Assembly (NCBI RefSeq): GCF_963676685.1
Contig: NC_092344.1
Span: forward strand, 49,352,001 to 49,416,000
Reading direction: 5' to 3'
Length of the DNA: 64,000 nucleotides
DNA from: Mytilus edulis
Taxonomy: Eukaryota
Shown here: positions 37,711-52,660 of the stretch, piece by piece
Layout: every line of letters begins with the position of its first letter
Position numbering within the stretch: the stretch's first letter is position 1
The notes under the pieces: generated by a model
Told to the model about the DNA's origin: nothing
Database searches by the model: none
Seen by the model: only the letters and a program-made list of their open reading frames with translations
Made by a program: the position numbers and the translations under genes

Positions 37711-38159
37711 GGGGTTAATTCAGTAAAAAATCTCCCATTGACAATAATGGTAATCTATGTATTGAATTAAATTCATACCTGATTAACCTTTAGAAATTGG
37801 AAACTTTCATATAACATTCATGAAAGTACAAATGTAGCCCTATCTTTTGCACTAATAAAAACATAGGGTCATGCGGCATTTTTTGGGCATTCACATGGCC
37901 TTGTTTACAAACAATGTAGATTCGCACTGAATTCCTATACTGACCCCCATTACTTTTCAACCCTGTAGGAAAAAAAATTAGTACATTCGGCATTTATTTT
38001 TTATTTTTTTCAACTCTAGTTTTGATCCATCTGCCAAAAAATATTTATTACAAACATTATCAACCAATCAGAAGAGCATATGACTTCAGTGTTATACAGA
38101 AAGCGCTCCCCTAAATGGACGGTCCCTGATGACGTATATTTATTTACTGAATTTACCCC
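37711..38159. mobile_element. MITE (449 bp); partial copy at about 19960-20360
   Basis: TIR ggggttaattcagtaaa / tttactgaatttacccc with a ttta duplication. The empty site tattcctttaaagtac is at about 50916 and 56455. Confidence 0.8.
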
Positions 38160-38420
38160 TTTAAAGTACTAAACATAAAAAAGAACATGAAGTGTGTTTG
38201 CCAATAAGACAACTCTCCACAACAAACCAAATGACGCAGACTTTAACGACTATAGGTCACCGTACGGTCTTCAACAATGAGCAAATCGCATACTACATAG
38301 TCAGTTATAAATCGCCCTGAAATAACAAATTAATGTAAAAAAAATTCAAACGAGCAAAAACTAACGGCCTAAAATTTTTTTTAAATGGGAACGAAAAAGA
38401 AATATTTAACTCATCAACAA

Positions 38421-39259
38421 AAGGAGAGGGACGAAAGAAACCAAAGGGACAGTCAAACTCATCAATCTAAAACAAAAAGACAACGCCATGGCTAAAAATG
38501 AAAAACACAAACAAAAAACAGCACACATGACACAACATAGAAAACTAAAGAATAAACAACACGAACCCCCCAAAAAACTAGGGGTGATCTCAGGTGCTTC
38601 GCAAGGGTAAGCAGATCCTGCTCCACATGTGGCACCCGTCGTGTTGCTTATGTGATAACAAATCCGGTAAATAGCCTTAATTCGGTAGGTCACATTCATG
38701 AAAGGGAAGGGGATTGTAGTTGCGACGTAAGGAACGTATCCGATATCATTTGTGAAACGGTTATTCCATAACGGTCAACCAACTCGTGATGGCGTCCGTA
38801 AAATTTACGAAGGGATGATTTCAACTTCACCATTTGGAACTCTTGGTTTAATAGTTTCCTTGTGAGCAGCAACCCTCTATCACGAAAGTCACGATAGGAA
38901 ATGCAAGCACGGGAATATCGTATCAGTTGGGAGATATATACCCCGTATGCAGGTGCTGCTGGAATGTTGCTACTTAGAAATGGAAAGTTCACAATTGGAT
39001 AGCTGAAATCATCTCTTTTGTCGTAAAGTTTTGTTTTCAACCGACCCTCTTTGTCAATTTCTAGATGTAAGTCAATGTATTGTCTTATATACAAGATATT
39101 GTCTTATATGTGTAAAACTTGACAAAAAACATAGAAATTATCTCCGACTTCGTTTAATTAAATCAAATTCAGAATAGAATGATTTTTACCCACACCAATG
39201 GTTCATCTATTTAAAAAAAATCAAATTCAGAGAAGAATGATTTTTACGCAAACTTATGG
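38421..39259 (-). mobile_element. Penelope-like family B insertion (duplicate of 20621-21459)
   Basis: Same sequence and same junctions. ORF 38696..39094. Confidence 0.8.
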
Positions 39260-39920
39260 TCAACAACTGACAATCACTGAATTGAATTACAAGCTCATGA
39301 TTTGGGACAGGCATATACATACATATGTGGCGGGGTTAAACATGATAGCGGGATTCAAACCCTCCCCAAACCTGGAACAGTGGTGTAACAGTACAACATA
39401 AGAACAAACTATAAAAAAGGTCATCAGATGGATACAAATAGAAATATTGTAAAATTCAAATTCAGAGAAGAATGATTTTTACGCAAACTTATGATCAACA
39501 ACTGACAATCACTGAATTGAATTACAAGCTCATGATTTGGGACAGGCATATACATACATGCATTGATATATTGATATATAAACGGTTATTTTTTACAATA
39601 TCACGTGATTACATAACTTTGAAATCATGTTGGATTTCGCAAAATTTCAGACATTTTTTATATCTAAAAATTACATTTATAACTTTTGTTTTACTTCATT
39701 AATACATACTTGATCCTGTCAAGTTTTGTGAATTTTTAGGATAGTGTCATAAAATGTGTAAAACTTGAAAAAAAACACAGAAATTATCTCCGACTTCGTT
39801 TAATTAGATCAAATTCAGAATAGAATGATTTTTACCCACACCAATGGTTCATCTATTTTAAAAAAATCAAATTCAGAGAAGAATGATTTTTACGCAATCT
39901 TATGGTTCATCTATCTTTAA

Positions 39921-40616
39921 AGGGGAACTAGCTACGAGATATATCAAAAATCTCAAGTTTGGTTTTTTTTCTGTTTAATCAATAAAAAAAGTGAAATAGT
40001 GAAATAACAATTCGCTTTTTGCAGCCAAAAATGTTCAATTTTGTCAAATTACGTTAAGAAACATTGATAATTAGTAACTCACTTGCAAGTGAATGAGTCG
40101 ACCTCTTTAAATCCGTATTCATGTGAACTTCAATTTAACCCCTAGCTAGAGATTGACAACGCATGCATTGTACGTCTACTGGCTATTTAAAGAAAAAAGA
40201 ATGTCAACAATGAAAGTGAAACTACGGTCAATCATTTGATTACTAATTCGATGCACATGAAATCATTCTTATACGGTTAAAAACAATGAGAAATACATGT
40301 ATCTATTTTTAATCTATAAAATAAAATCAAACAGACCTAAAAAAAAAACTCCAATTGCACGTGTTGGTTTAATCTATTCATATCTTTATTTATGTTTACA
40401 TCGCTTATACGGTCATCTGAGGTCAAATCGATAGTTAATAAGATGGCGTCTGGACTAAAATACACACGAAACGAACCTATATATTATCTACCCCATGCTC
40501 TGTAAACTGTTTATTTTAGACTTTTGATAGTTTGGATAAATATTTTACATTGTTATAAATCAAATATGAGAATTTGTGTCAAATTAGTGACCATGAATTT
40601 GACGGCTAGTGCCCCT
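39921..40616. mobile_element. Kolobok-like MITE (duplicate of 21882-22581)
   Basis: ttaa|aggggaactagc ... gctagtgcccct|ttaa. Confidence 0.8.
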
Positions 40617-40955
40617 TTAAAGACCATAATATTTAAATGCATGTTTTTCCATGACAAACATCCTGACATATTCGCTATGGTTTAACATCATAACCATTGC
40701 AATATAGTTTTTTTTCAAGTTAATAGACGTCTCTTAAATGAATATTTAAACAAACAAATATGCAGAAAAAATAAACAAACCGCATTCAAGCATTTTTTGT
40801 TTTAGTTTAAACAACATGTTCTGACCAAACCGATATAACTTAAAATATTTTTTGGTTGTGGTTAGGCCATACGGGAGACTGCGTTTAAAGGTTTTAACAG
40901 ATAAATTCAATGTAAGTATCACATTTAGACTTGATTAATGAACATATTTACAAGT

Positions 40956-41113
40956 ATTGCGAAACTTACGTCACACCTGCACTGAACCATTCAGTTCCTC
41001 TATTACAGTTTATTTCCTCATATGGAGTGTATATAAGACAGAAATAAATTGAAAACTTATCAAAACATTTCTGTACACCGTTAAATAACGATACGCATAT
41101 ATTCAAGGTAAGT
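40956..41113 (+). promoter_or_regulatory. Putative promoter and non-coding exon 1 of paralogue 5
   Basis: ttacgtca at 40966-40973, TATATAAG at 41030-41037 and donor at 41107/41108. Confidence 0.7.
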
Positions 41114-41557
41114 TATATGTCTATAATGAATTTATTTTTCAAAATATAATAGATTATATTTTAATGTATGCAATTAATGTTTAATTTAAAGAACAACAAC
41201 GTCTATGTTGTTAAAACAATAGATTCGTAGTATAAGATATATGAATAATGAGGATGATTATGATTTGAGCATGAACTATTTCTAGCAACGTCAAATCATC
41301 TAAAACCACGGATTCAAAAGATATAAGAATAGTCCTAATCAGTTAAAAACAATTCGAGGATTAACAGATAAATATCTTTTTCTTAATACTATAATGTATG
41401 GCAATAATACATTTTCCATGGTGAATCCTGCAGACAAGTGTTGCAGTCCTCGTTTAAAGCATCAGATATATTGGTTTCAATTATTTTTTCATTTTTAGTA
41501 ATATTTTCAAACCAATCAATTTTAGTTGCATTTGTTTTAATATTCATTTTAGGTATA

Positions 41558-43293
41558 ATGGAAGGGAAAGCTGTTATCATTTTCTTTGGCTTTATAGCAT
41601 GTGCTTTTGCTGGTATGTATTTTATGACGTTATATATTTTTATTATTATTTAAATGAGAATTTAGACAAAGGAATAAGTCATGAGCAAACATTTTTAAAA
41701 CTTTACAGACCAAATTTTTGAAAACAAACTATCCAAAGATTCTTTAAAAAATGATTAAAATACATGAATGTTTCAACACTTGGCTTATACGTTTACCATT
41801 CCTCATAAGGAAACAAATCGCAGAAAACAAGGAAATTTGAAATCATTTAAGGATAAAAATTGTAAAAGGAAAATCAAAAATGACGGATACATACCATAAG
41901 AATACCTATCATATTATATTTAAAACGCAAACATGTTTTACGATTGGTGTAAGTAAATTAGAACAGCGGTTTTTGACTTAGATATTGACTTGATATTATT
42001 CAAATTAAAATTTATACAAAGGAATAAGTCATGAGCAAACATTATTAAAACATTACAACCCAAATATTTGAAAATGAAACAATCAAAAGATTCTTTAAAG
42101 AAGTTTATTAAATACATGAATGTTAGAATTAACATACAAAAACTGATACATCGTTTCGACACTTTTTGAAATCATTTAAGAATAAAAATTGTAGCAGGCA
42201 AAGCGAAAATGACGAATACATAACATGAGAATACCTTATATATTGTATTTAAAGCACAAACATGTTTACAATTGGTGTAAGTAAATTAGAACAGCGGTTT
42301 TTGACTTGGAAATATAGTTAATAGAACATAGAGTAAAAACAAAAACACCTAATGTTTGTCATTGTTAAGAAAATACAAAAAATACTCACTTCTAACGATA
42401 AAACCGTGAAAGTATTTATACTATATGTAATATTTATATAAGTAATACATTCTTTAAAAAACACTTTGGTTGTAAAACAAATATTGAAACCGAATAATAC
42501 TATAATCTGTTCTACATCACTGTTTAGATTCATGTAGACAAAATGCGCGTCTGTCTTATCAAATTAAAAGCCTGGTACCTTTCATTTTTTCGAATGAAAA
42601 TTCATATTTCAACATTTCTAATCAATATTTATTATTACAGTATATTCACCCAAAGGCGGGAAAGCTTGTGAAATTGAATGCTCTAGTCATTCAGAATGTC
42701 TAGATGGATACAAATGCCAAACCGAAGGATGTGATCGTATGTGCAGACCTGGAAGAGTAATCTTATCAAATGCAGTTGTCGGATCAGACATTATTTCAGC
42801 TGGATGCGTTCAGAGATGTATGGACCGAGGTGGGCTAGGTTGCAGAAGTCTTTGTCAGCGTAGTGGAAATTTATTATCAGGAGGCCAAATTATTCGTAGT
42901 GGTTCCTTAGACAGTAGATTCAATGATGCCTTAGTAGATTCTATTCGGTCAGATAGTCTTGTTAGACATACCTCGTCAGTAGGTGATTCTATTCGATCAG
43001 GTAGTCTTGTTAGACATATCTCGCCAGTAGGTGATTCTATTCGCTCAGATAGTCTTCTTGGACGTATCTCATCAGTAGGTGATTCTATTCGATCAGGTGG
43101 TCTTGTTAGACATATCTCGCCAGTAGGTGATTCTAATCGGTCAGGTAGTCTTCTTGGACGTATCTCGCAAGTTGGTTCAATTTTAAATAAAGGCTGTCAA
43201 AATACATGCATTTCACGAGGCTGCAACTTCAACGAGGAATGTGTCACACGAGATGGATGTTCTGTATGTGTTCGTGCCAAGACCTACGCATAA
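41558..43293 (+). CDS. Secreted cysteine-rich repeat protein, paralogue 5 (235 aa; join 41558..41612,42641..43293)
   Basis: Same exon structure, intact frame. AATAAA at 43386-43391. Confidence 0.92.
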
Positions 43294-44855
43294 GATAAGA
43301 CAACAGATGACATAATATATTGTGCAATATTTAAATGATAGTTATCCATGTATTGTGATATTTTATAATTTTGTTTTGATACACAAATAAAGTATTTATT
43401 ATAACAGAGTTTATTTTAATTTTTTGTCTTTGATTCACAGCTGCCTCTCACGCATGTTCAACAACAAAATCGGCAACAAATCGTAACCTTAGAAAGCTTC
43501 TAACAGCAATATAAGACACATCAGTAAAGCCTTCTATAATTCTAATCATTATGACTGAAAAAGAATTTCGCATGTGCACCAGAATATATAGCAAAGAACA
43601 AATTGCAATATATTTCAATTAACAGAATTATTAATAATCATATTTCTGTAATAAAATATCACTGCTATTGCTTAAAAGGTGTTTCTTGGAATGAGAGTAA
43701 AAATAAAATACAAAAACAAATCATAACTCTAAGGAAATTAAAAAAGAAAAGTCTCTTATCAAAACATCAAAATCAACAGCTCAAACAATTCAAACGAAAG
43801 AAAACAGCTGTCATTGTCCTGACTTAGTACAGGAGATTCCTTCTGAAGAAAATAAGAGATTGGACTTGAGTTGTTATAGATAGCTAGAACTCTGACATGT
43901 TTGGCAGTCGCACAAAATTACGTTATATTGACAATATTGTGTGAACAAAACAAGCAGACATAAAAGATAACCTTTATTATATCAGAATAATTGATCACTT
44001 TAGGGTAAAAACATGAAACTTGACATAGTGAAAGATTAAGGGGTATAGACAAAATTCAGATATGGAGCCACGAAAAAAAAATCCAATATGGCCGCCAAAT
44101 TCAAGATGGCCGACATAAGTATAACATCATTCATTTGATGAAGACTTCCAATTTAATGAGTTCAGACGATGTCACAAACTTAATGAAATACAAATAAGAT
44201 ATGTCAGTTAATTTTTTTGTAAACCTTATAATAAAGAAATCATCAAAATGGCGTCCAAATTCAAAATGGCGCGTCAAAATGTCTAAGTTTGACAATATTC
44301 GTATGTGTACACCATCATTGTGTGATAGAAAGTTACCAAATCCGTGAAACTGATCATGTGATATAAATAAAGGCCTACAGTGTATCAACAATACATAGGT
44401 GCATAAATAATATTTCCATATTGGCGGCAATATTCAAAATGGCGTCGTTTATCATGTCAAAATTTTACGTTTCTTTTTAAATATGGTATAAAAATGATTA
44501 AAAAATAATGAATCATTTTTTTCAATACAAGCACGTATATATACAAACATATTATTATGTAATGTAACAAGTGACATTAGCTATGAAATAAAAATGGTCG
44601 ATTCAACTCAAAATGGCGTCTTTGACGAGTTTTTTTCCCACAGTTACAGGTAATAACCTTAGAAAATTTAACAATTTTCCTGAAATGAAAAAAAATCAAC
44701 ATATGCAGTATTTCATTCTACAAAGAGAATTTATTTTTTAGAAATGAGGTAAGAAATTAAAAAAAGTCCCAAGTAGCTATTTGACATAAACATAGATTAA
44801 AATTATAATGACAATATGATCAAAATGCAGGAAAATCAAAATAAAGCACAGTGAC

Positions 44856-47420
44856 TCAATCAGTTTCTCTTCCACAGTCCGTTGGGCAGTTGCGTAATGC
44901 TGTGCATTTTAATGCTGCTTTCAAGCATTTACATGCTCCTCGACATCCTTTCTCAGGGGATGAGATCTTGGCATGACATTGAAGCGTCAGCAAGCACAGA
45001 CAAGAATGGCACCCAAGTACCATCAAGTTTTTGCCAACCAAATAAATCTGGTGGTGGCATACTTGGATTTGCACCTAAACAATTGCCCAAATAACACTAC
45101 CTTGGTAAGCTGTACGTTTCGTATGTTGAAGAAGTTCATCACGTGTTGGAGGGAAATTGTCGATTGTTCTTGTCTTCTGTGTGAATAACTATTTGCTTAA
45201 CTCACTCATCGTATAATTTGTACTAGACCGATCATACAAAAGCACAACATACCGTTCTATTACTTTTAACACTTTTAAAATTTGCACTTCATTTAGATTC
45301 TCAATAACCTGCAGAAATGCTTCTGAAAACTCCTCATATACGGACCATGTGTCCCAATCTGATTTCTTACCTTTCCCAGAAAAAGCTGAGACTGCGTCAC
45401 AACCGGTAAAGGCATGGCACAGTGGAAAGACTTTCGATTCAATGGTCCTAGGGCAAGGAACAATCCATGAACTGATATATCGGAAGTTCTTCCTAGTGCC
45501 AAAACCTATCTATAGCTATTCAATCTGCAGTCCGTTTGGAATGAGTCTTGGAAGGATAATATTTGTTCATGATGAGGTTTATTAGATTCGTTAGTGTATA
45601 CAAAGCATTCAGTGACATTTTCAAATTCATTTACCAAACTAGCCATTTCAGGCCCAGCACCCATCCATCTATGAAGCGCTCCTGGATTTTCCGTCAATCT
45701 AACAGCACCACCATCTGCTTTAACATGCGCATTATTTTGTTCGTCGGCTTGATTAAAAGCCATACAGGAAAATTTCTTCTCGGTCTTGGTGGCAAAGAGG
45801 GTTGCCGCTGAGGATTGCTCTGTGGGTTTCTGAATTCTTTTTTGGCAACTGAAGCATATCACGCAGACGAATTGGCAGCCATCGTGAATAGTTAGTGTGA
45901 TCCAAGGCAAAGAACCAAGGAATGATCTTTGAGAGAGCTTCGATATATAATAAAAAGTTAGTCTCACGTATAGACCTTATAAATATTAATAATGTCAATT
46001 CCAAACACCACTCTTCAAATTCTAAGATAACCTCATCATACCTCAAAACATCTTTGTACTGGCAGTACGCGTTTGACAATAGACGGTAAAGTGTGCATGC
46101 TGTAACTTGGTGTGTTCTACGTGTTGTTGTAACAGAAGAAGCCTCTAGGAATGAATCAGCAGTACCTGGTGATGTAACCTGTGCATTTACTAAAACACTT
46201 GTCCATTCACTATCTTCAAGTCAACTACCAAATGCTTTGAACGCAGCAATTTCTATGTGTAGGCCGCCGAACATCATTACAAAGTGATCCTCGCCATACA
46301 TTTGAGGCCAGTTCCATTATATTTGTTTTGCTATTGTGAAAAGGGGTTGGTCAAAAGCAACAACGGAAGTTTGGCCAGGATTTCGCTTTCTTACAGCGTT
46401 ACGAATAATGTTCAATGAGTGCCGTATCAAAGCAACAGATTTTGCTTGCTCATGAAACAGAGGTAGAAAGGAAGACACTGCTGGTAATTTATTCGCATCT
46501 GGCAGTACTACAGCATGATTGGCGGACCATGAAATATATTTACCCACTTTAGCCATAACACTTGAATTTTCTGCAACATGTTTCAGCCATTTGAGTTTCC
46601 CTTTTAATGCAGCTTGGAATGAGGGCATATCAATTGAAAGTTCTCCTTTAACTAATGGGATATCTGGTTCGTTGAATCTTAGTACAGCTGGTGGAAGATT
46701 TGAATGACTCTCTGGTAATGGTAAAAGAGAAACTCTCTTTGACTGGCATTTCAACATAGGTTCAGATAGGAGAAATGGTTGAACAACGCCTTGAACATCT
46801 TCTGAAATATGTTGAAATAAAGATATACATGTACCATCGAATGAATCTTATGACGATATACTGCTTGGATTGTGATCAATGTTGTCTACAGCAGATGAAG
46901 TAAATACATTTTGTAGTAGATTGGTAGGGCAAACTATACCGTCTTTTACATAACGATCATGAGACATGGAAGTAGAAATTTCTAACTCTCGGTGATAGGA
47001 GACAAATAGTCCAAGTTTGAAGAAAGTATCTACTACATGTAGATCACGTTTCTAGTTTTACAGAGGATCATGATTCCCAAATAAGCACAAACTGTAGGTT
47101 CATGATCTTTTATGTGACGGTTTGATAGTTTCTTTGTACATCTATACATCAGAAGCGCTGTGCTATCGTTAATGTCGACTGAGAATATAACCGATCACTG
47201 AATGTTGGGTCCAAACTTAATCATACTGACAAAAGAAAGCAATGACTGGGATACAGAATTTTCCTGACATCACTTTGGGAAGGTTCCTTTAAATTCCTAA
47301 TTTGATGCGAACATATCTGTACGAAACAAACGTAGCTGCTTTTGATATGTTGAAAAATTGATTATCAAAGTCTTCTAAGCAGACTCTCGTCAATGCAGGA
47401 CCAGTGTCATATTTGAAAGC
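44856..47420 (-). pseudogene. Academ-type transposase pseudogene (frameshifts and stops)
   Basis: Fragments VVAFDQPLFTIAKQI, FGGLHIEIA, IPWFFALDHTNYSRWL, FNQADEQNNAHVK.DGGA, HAFTGCDAVSAF.GKGK (XPG-like) and a C-terminal Cys cluster. These resemble Academ transposases as I recall them. Confidence 0.75.
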
Positions 47421-47454
47421 AAGAATGTTTATTGTTTCTGATAATAAGACTTTT

Positions 47455-48360
47455 GACGGCCATTTTGAATTTGTCAGCCATTATGGAATTATTTTTTATT
47501 GTTCCATATTCATAAAATATTAATTAGCATCATAACAAGCAATCTGCAAAGTGTTGTGCTTTTATTTTCAAATGATCAATTATATCATTTTTTTGGACTC
47601 TGCATCATGACTGTTGGCGGCCATTTTGAATTTGTCGGCCATTATGGAATTATTTTTGATTGTTCCATATCCATAAAAGATTAATAAGCAATATAACTAG
47701 CATAGCAACATGCAAAGTGTTGTGCTTTTATTTTCAAATGATAAATTAAGCCATATTTTTGGACTCTGCCTCATGACTGTTGGCCACCATTTTGAAACTG
47801 GCGGCCATTATGGAATTATTTTTGATTGTTCCATATTCAGAAAAGATTAATTATCATCATAACTAGCAATATGCAAATGTTTGTGTCTTTATTTTCAAAT
47901 GATAAATTATACTATATTTTTAGACTCTGCTTCATGACTGCTGGCGGCCATTTTGAAATTGGCGGCCATTGTGGAATTTTTTTTTTGATGGCTCCATAAC
48001 CAAAAATATTTATAAGCAATATAACTAGCATAGCAACATGCAAAGTGTTGTGCTTTTATTTTCAAATGATAAATTAAGCCATATTTTTGGACTCTGCCTC
48101 ATGACTGTTGGCCACCATTTTGAAACTGGCGGCCATTATGGAATTATTTTTGATTGTTCCATATTCAGAAAAGATTAATTATCATCATAACTAGCAATAT
48201 GCAAATGTTTGTGTCTTTATTTTCAAATGATAAATTATACTATATTTTTAGACTCTGCTTCATGACTGCTGGCGGCCATTTTGAAATTGGCGGCCATTGT
48301 GGAATTTTTTTTTTTAAGGCTCCATAACCAAAAATATTTATAAGCATCATAACTAACACT
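47455..48360. repeat. Subterminal ~120-bp repeats with a ~358-bp higher-order duplication
   Basis: Repeated ggcggccattttgaa..ggccattatggaattatttttgattgttccatat. About 47686-48010 is duplicated at about 48014-48340. Confidence 0.85.
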
Positions 48361-51300
48361 GTGCAAAGTTTCATGCTTTTACCACAAAGTGATCAATTGT
48401 CCCAAAATATTGGACTTAGCTGCTGGACTAGGCAAAAATTGAAAGATAGAAAAAATGACTATAGCACAATATCACAGTGTGCCGAGCCAAAAAGATATAA
48501 ACGACAATTGACTAAACAGTCAAGGTACATGTCTTAGAAAGATAAATAAACGAACACTATAAAACGTTGTTAAAAGTGAGACAAAAAATATTAAATGAAC
48601 ATTCAAACTAAAAATCGAAATGAATCTGAAAAAGACATTTATAAAATACAAAAAGGACAAACAGACAAACACAATAGAAAACCAAAGACTGTGCAGCACG
48701 AGCGTTACCAACAGTTGGGTAATCTCAGGTGCTCCGGAAAGGTAAGCAGATCTTGCTCCACATGTGACACTTGTAAAGTTTCGCATGTTACTAGAAACCC
48801 GGTGATTTGGCTAGCTCGATAAATCACATACCGAAAATAGTATCAGCAAAACGGCTACTATATTTTGTACATGGAATAAATGCAAAGTTTACATTTTGGA
48901 GTTAAGTGTGACGTCTATTTCACTGAACAAGATCACAATTTTATTCAGAGGCCATATGAGCACCACTTCACTGTCGTCGCCTCAATACCATGGTTAATAA
49001 GGACATTGCTAAAATTAAAAAAAAGTATATATATATTTATTCGTTATTCAGATTGAGGCAATTTCTTTTTAAAAAACCACTTATTAGTTGTTTACCATAT
49101 CAATGTATTATAATCACTACGCTGAGCTCTGTAGCATTTAAGGGTAGTCGATTACTTTAGTGTATTTATTATTATACAATGAGTTTATGATAGAACGTTA
49201 ACACTATATTTTTCTCAAAATATCATTTATTGAAGAAAGGTTGTCTTCGTCCATCTTAGATTTTAAAATACCAGAAAACAATCGATCTCGATCTTTAAGT
49301 GAATAAGGTAATTTATATGTAGGAATTTTCTTTGAAATAAAGAAAATGACACATTTTATCATTTTAATAATTGTATTTTACAAAAAAAAACTTTTGTTCA
49401 ATTATTTTTTTCCAACTTTGCCACATAAGGAAGGCAACTCAAATGTAAGGGCTGATAATTCAGACAAAGTTACTTCTACAATAGAATGTGTTAGGAATTT
49501 ACCTATTTCATTATGTAGCAAGAAAACGAGTTCTGTGACCTATTTTTTCTTTTTTTTTACCTGAAAGCATAATGTTAGAGATATCTTCTCATATTCTATT
49601 CAAAAATTGTATGGTGTAGTTTTCGTTTTATGGCAGAAAATTTGGTTTTCCATGCATGATCTATTCAAAATTTGTGAAATTTGCACAACCTGTAGCACGA
49701 AAACAAGCCACGTGACCCATTCTTTTTATTTATGTTTTTAAAAAAGCATGATATAAACTACATTTTGGCAAAGTATTAAAACATTTTATGGATTATAATT
49801 TAGACACCCCCCATCTACCTTAAACTAGAAACCGTAATTAAAATGTAACGTTTAAACTTAACATGATTTAACACTTAACCTTAATAATAGTGGAAATTAT
49901 GCGATAAACCTCTTAAAAATACCAACACTGAAAGACCGAAAATGAGGATAAAAAATATTATAAAGAAAGATGATGTTTGTTAACAAACATTATCTGTAAT
50001 CCATTTCTTGCTGTATTTGGTAAAATGTATAGAAATTGTTCGTTCTCAATGCTCGTAAGCTTTGTACTCTAAAAAAAATTATTCGAACGTCACTGATGAG
50101 TCTTTTGTAGACGAAATGCGCATTGGGCGGAAATACAAAATTTCTATCCTGGTATCTATGATGAGATAGTTTGCATTAATCTCGTATTGTTTTTGATGTG
50201 TTTTGCCATTGACTTTTGCCATGTTTAGGGACTTTCCGAATAGATCTTCCTCTGAGATCAGTATTTTTGTGATTTTACTTTTTTGTATAACAGTGTAAGA
50301 AAGTATGAATTAATTTGATTTGCTTATCCAACCTCATAAGACGATATTACGGCATTTTCATTTGCTTTTCGTTAGGTCCAAGATACATTTTAAAATGTTA
50401 AGAAGATGTAGTTTTGTTAATGGCAACTGCATGAACAGGTATATGTGATTTTCTCAAAAATATACAAAACACTCACACTTTTTACCTGACAATCTTCTTT
50501 CTATCAATGTTTGTTACATTCTGAAGCGTACAAAAAGCCTTTAAATGTCTGATGTTAAAGTTTTACACAGGAAAAGGACATATTATGTCATACTAGAATC
50601 TGCAAATAAATAGATCAACAATTCGCGAAATTTTAAATTTAATCAAATGATAGTGTTGACCATTGAGAAATAGGTTAAACAACTTGAAATAAATGGATAT
50701 CGCTTTGTCTCACTCTCATCAAGTATTTTAATGGTAATAATAAACTCGCCGAAGGCTTGTTAATTGTCCTTTTGAAATTCGATAAATAACTCAAATTGAC
50801 GCCAAGCGATTATCCATTCTCACTGGTTATGAAAGCTATAATTACAGCATTCTTTAAATAACAGCTATGGTTTTGATTTTAAAGATGCTCTTATTTCCCT
50901 CTCAAAATTTGTATCTATTCCTTTAAAGTACTTAACATAAAAAAGAACATGTGGTGTGTTTGCCAATTGAGACAACTCTCCACAAGAAACCAAATGACGC
51001 AGACTTTAACGACTATAGGTCACCGTACGGTCTTCAACAATGAGCAAAGCGCTTACTACATAGTCAGTTATAAATCGCCCTGAAATGACAAATTAATGTA
51101 AAACAATTCAAACGAGGAAACTTACGGCCTAATGTTTGTAAAAGATAGGAATGAAAAACAAATATTTAACTCATCAACAACTGACAATCACTGAATTGAA
51201 TTACAAGCTCATGATTTGGGACAGGCATATACATACAGATGTGACGGGGTTACACATGTTAGCGGGACCCAAACCCTCCCCAAACCTGGAACAGTCCCTC

Positions 51301-52057
51301 CCCAAACCTGGAACATTGGTGTAACAGTACAACATAAAAACAAACTATAAAAAGGTCATCAGATGGATACAAATAGAAATATTATTAAATAAAACGGATA
51401 TTTTTTACCATATCATATGGGATTTTGTAAAATTTCAGACATGTTTATATCTAAAAGTTACATTCATAACTTTTGTTTTACTTCATTAATACATACTGAT
51501 TAAAAACTGAAACTGTTTTGAGGGTTTTGAATGCTATCTGCTCTTAGTCGACGTCTGCAATCCCCAGTAAAAGTATGCGTTATCTGCTCTTTGGTTGGGT
51601 TGTTGTCTCCTTGAAAATTTCCCAATGTCCATCCTCGATTTTACTTATTAGCTAAGAGGAATGCTTTGAATGACAAATTGAAGTTACGAAGTTTAAGTTG
51701 AATATACCAGTGATTTTCAGATAAATAAGGTTCTTCGGTTTCTATAAATTGTATTTAAAAGTTATTTAATCTAATTAAACCCCATCAAATATAGATTAAC
51801 CTTTGCAATATATTTTTTTTCAATTTAAAAGACCTCTCTTAAATGAATATTTAACAATATAAAAAATGCAGAAAAAATAAACAAACGGCACTTCAACATT
51901 TTTTTAATTTCAACAACATTTTCTGACCAAACCGATATGTCTTAAAATATTTTTTGGTTGTGGTTAGGCCATACGGGAGACTGAGGTTAAATTTTTAACA
52001 GATAAATTCAATGTAAGTGTGACATTTAGAACTTGATTAATGAACATATTTACAAGT

Positions 52058-52215
52058 ATTGCGAAACTTACGTCACACCTGCACTGAACCATTCATTTCC
52101 TCTATTACAGTTTATTTCCTCATATGGAGTGTATATAAGACAGAAATAAATTGAAAACTTATCACAACATTTCTGTACACCGTTAAATAACGATACGCAT
52201 ATATTCAAGGTAAGT
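52058..52215 (+). promoter_or_regulatory. Putative promoter and non-coding exon 1 of paralogue 6
   Basis: ttacgtca at 52068-52075, TATATAAG at 52132-52139 and donor at 52209/52210. Confidence 0.7.
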
Positions 52216-52660
52216 TATATGTCTATAATGAATTTATTTTTCAAAATATAATAGATTATATTTTAATGTATGCAATTAATGTTTAATTTAAAGAACAACA
52301 ACGTCTATCTTGTTAAAACAATAGATTCGCAGTATAAGATATATGAATAATGATGATGATTATGATTTGAGCATGAAATATTTCTAGCAACGTCAAATCA
52401 TCTAAAATCACGGATTCAAAAGATATAAGAATAGTCCTAATCAGTTAAAAACAATTCGAGGATTAACAGATAAATGTCTTTTTCTTCATACTATAATGTG
52501 TGGCAATAATACATTTTCCATGGTGAATCCTGCAGATAAGTGTTGAAGTCCTCATTTAAAGCATCAGATATATTGGTTTCAATTATTTTTTTCATTTTTA
52601 GTAATATTTTCAAACCAATCAATTTTAGTTGCATTTGTTTTAATATTCATTTTAGGTATA

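Larger units (their letters stand above)
43981..48430 (-). mobile_element. Academ-like DNA transposon, degenerate
   Basis: The right terminus is ...agctgctggacta|. The imperfect TIR aattgatcacttt.gggtaaaa.catgaaactt is present at both ends, but the left tip and about 75 bp of flank are deleted. Subterminal repeats at 47455-48360. Absent from the paralogous units. Confidence 0.8.
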
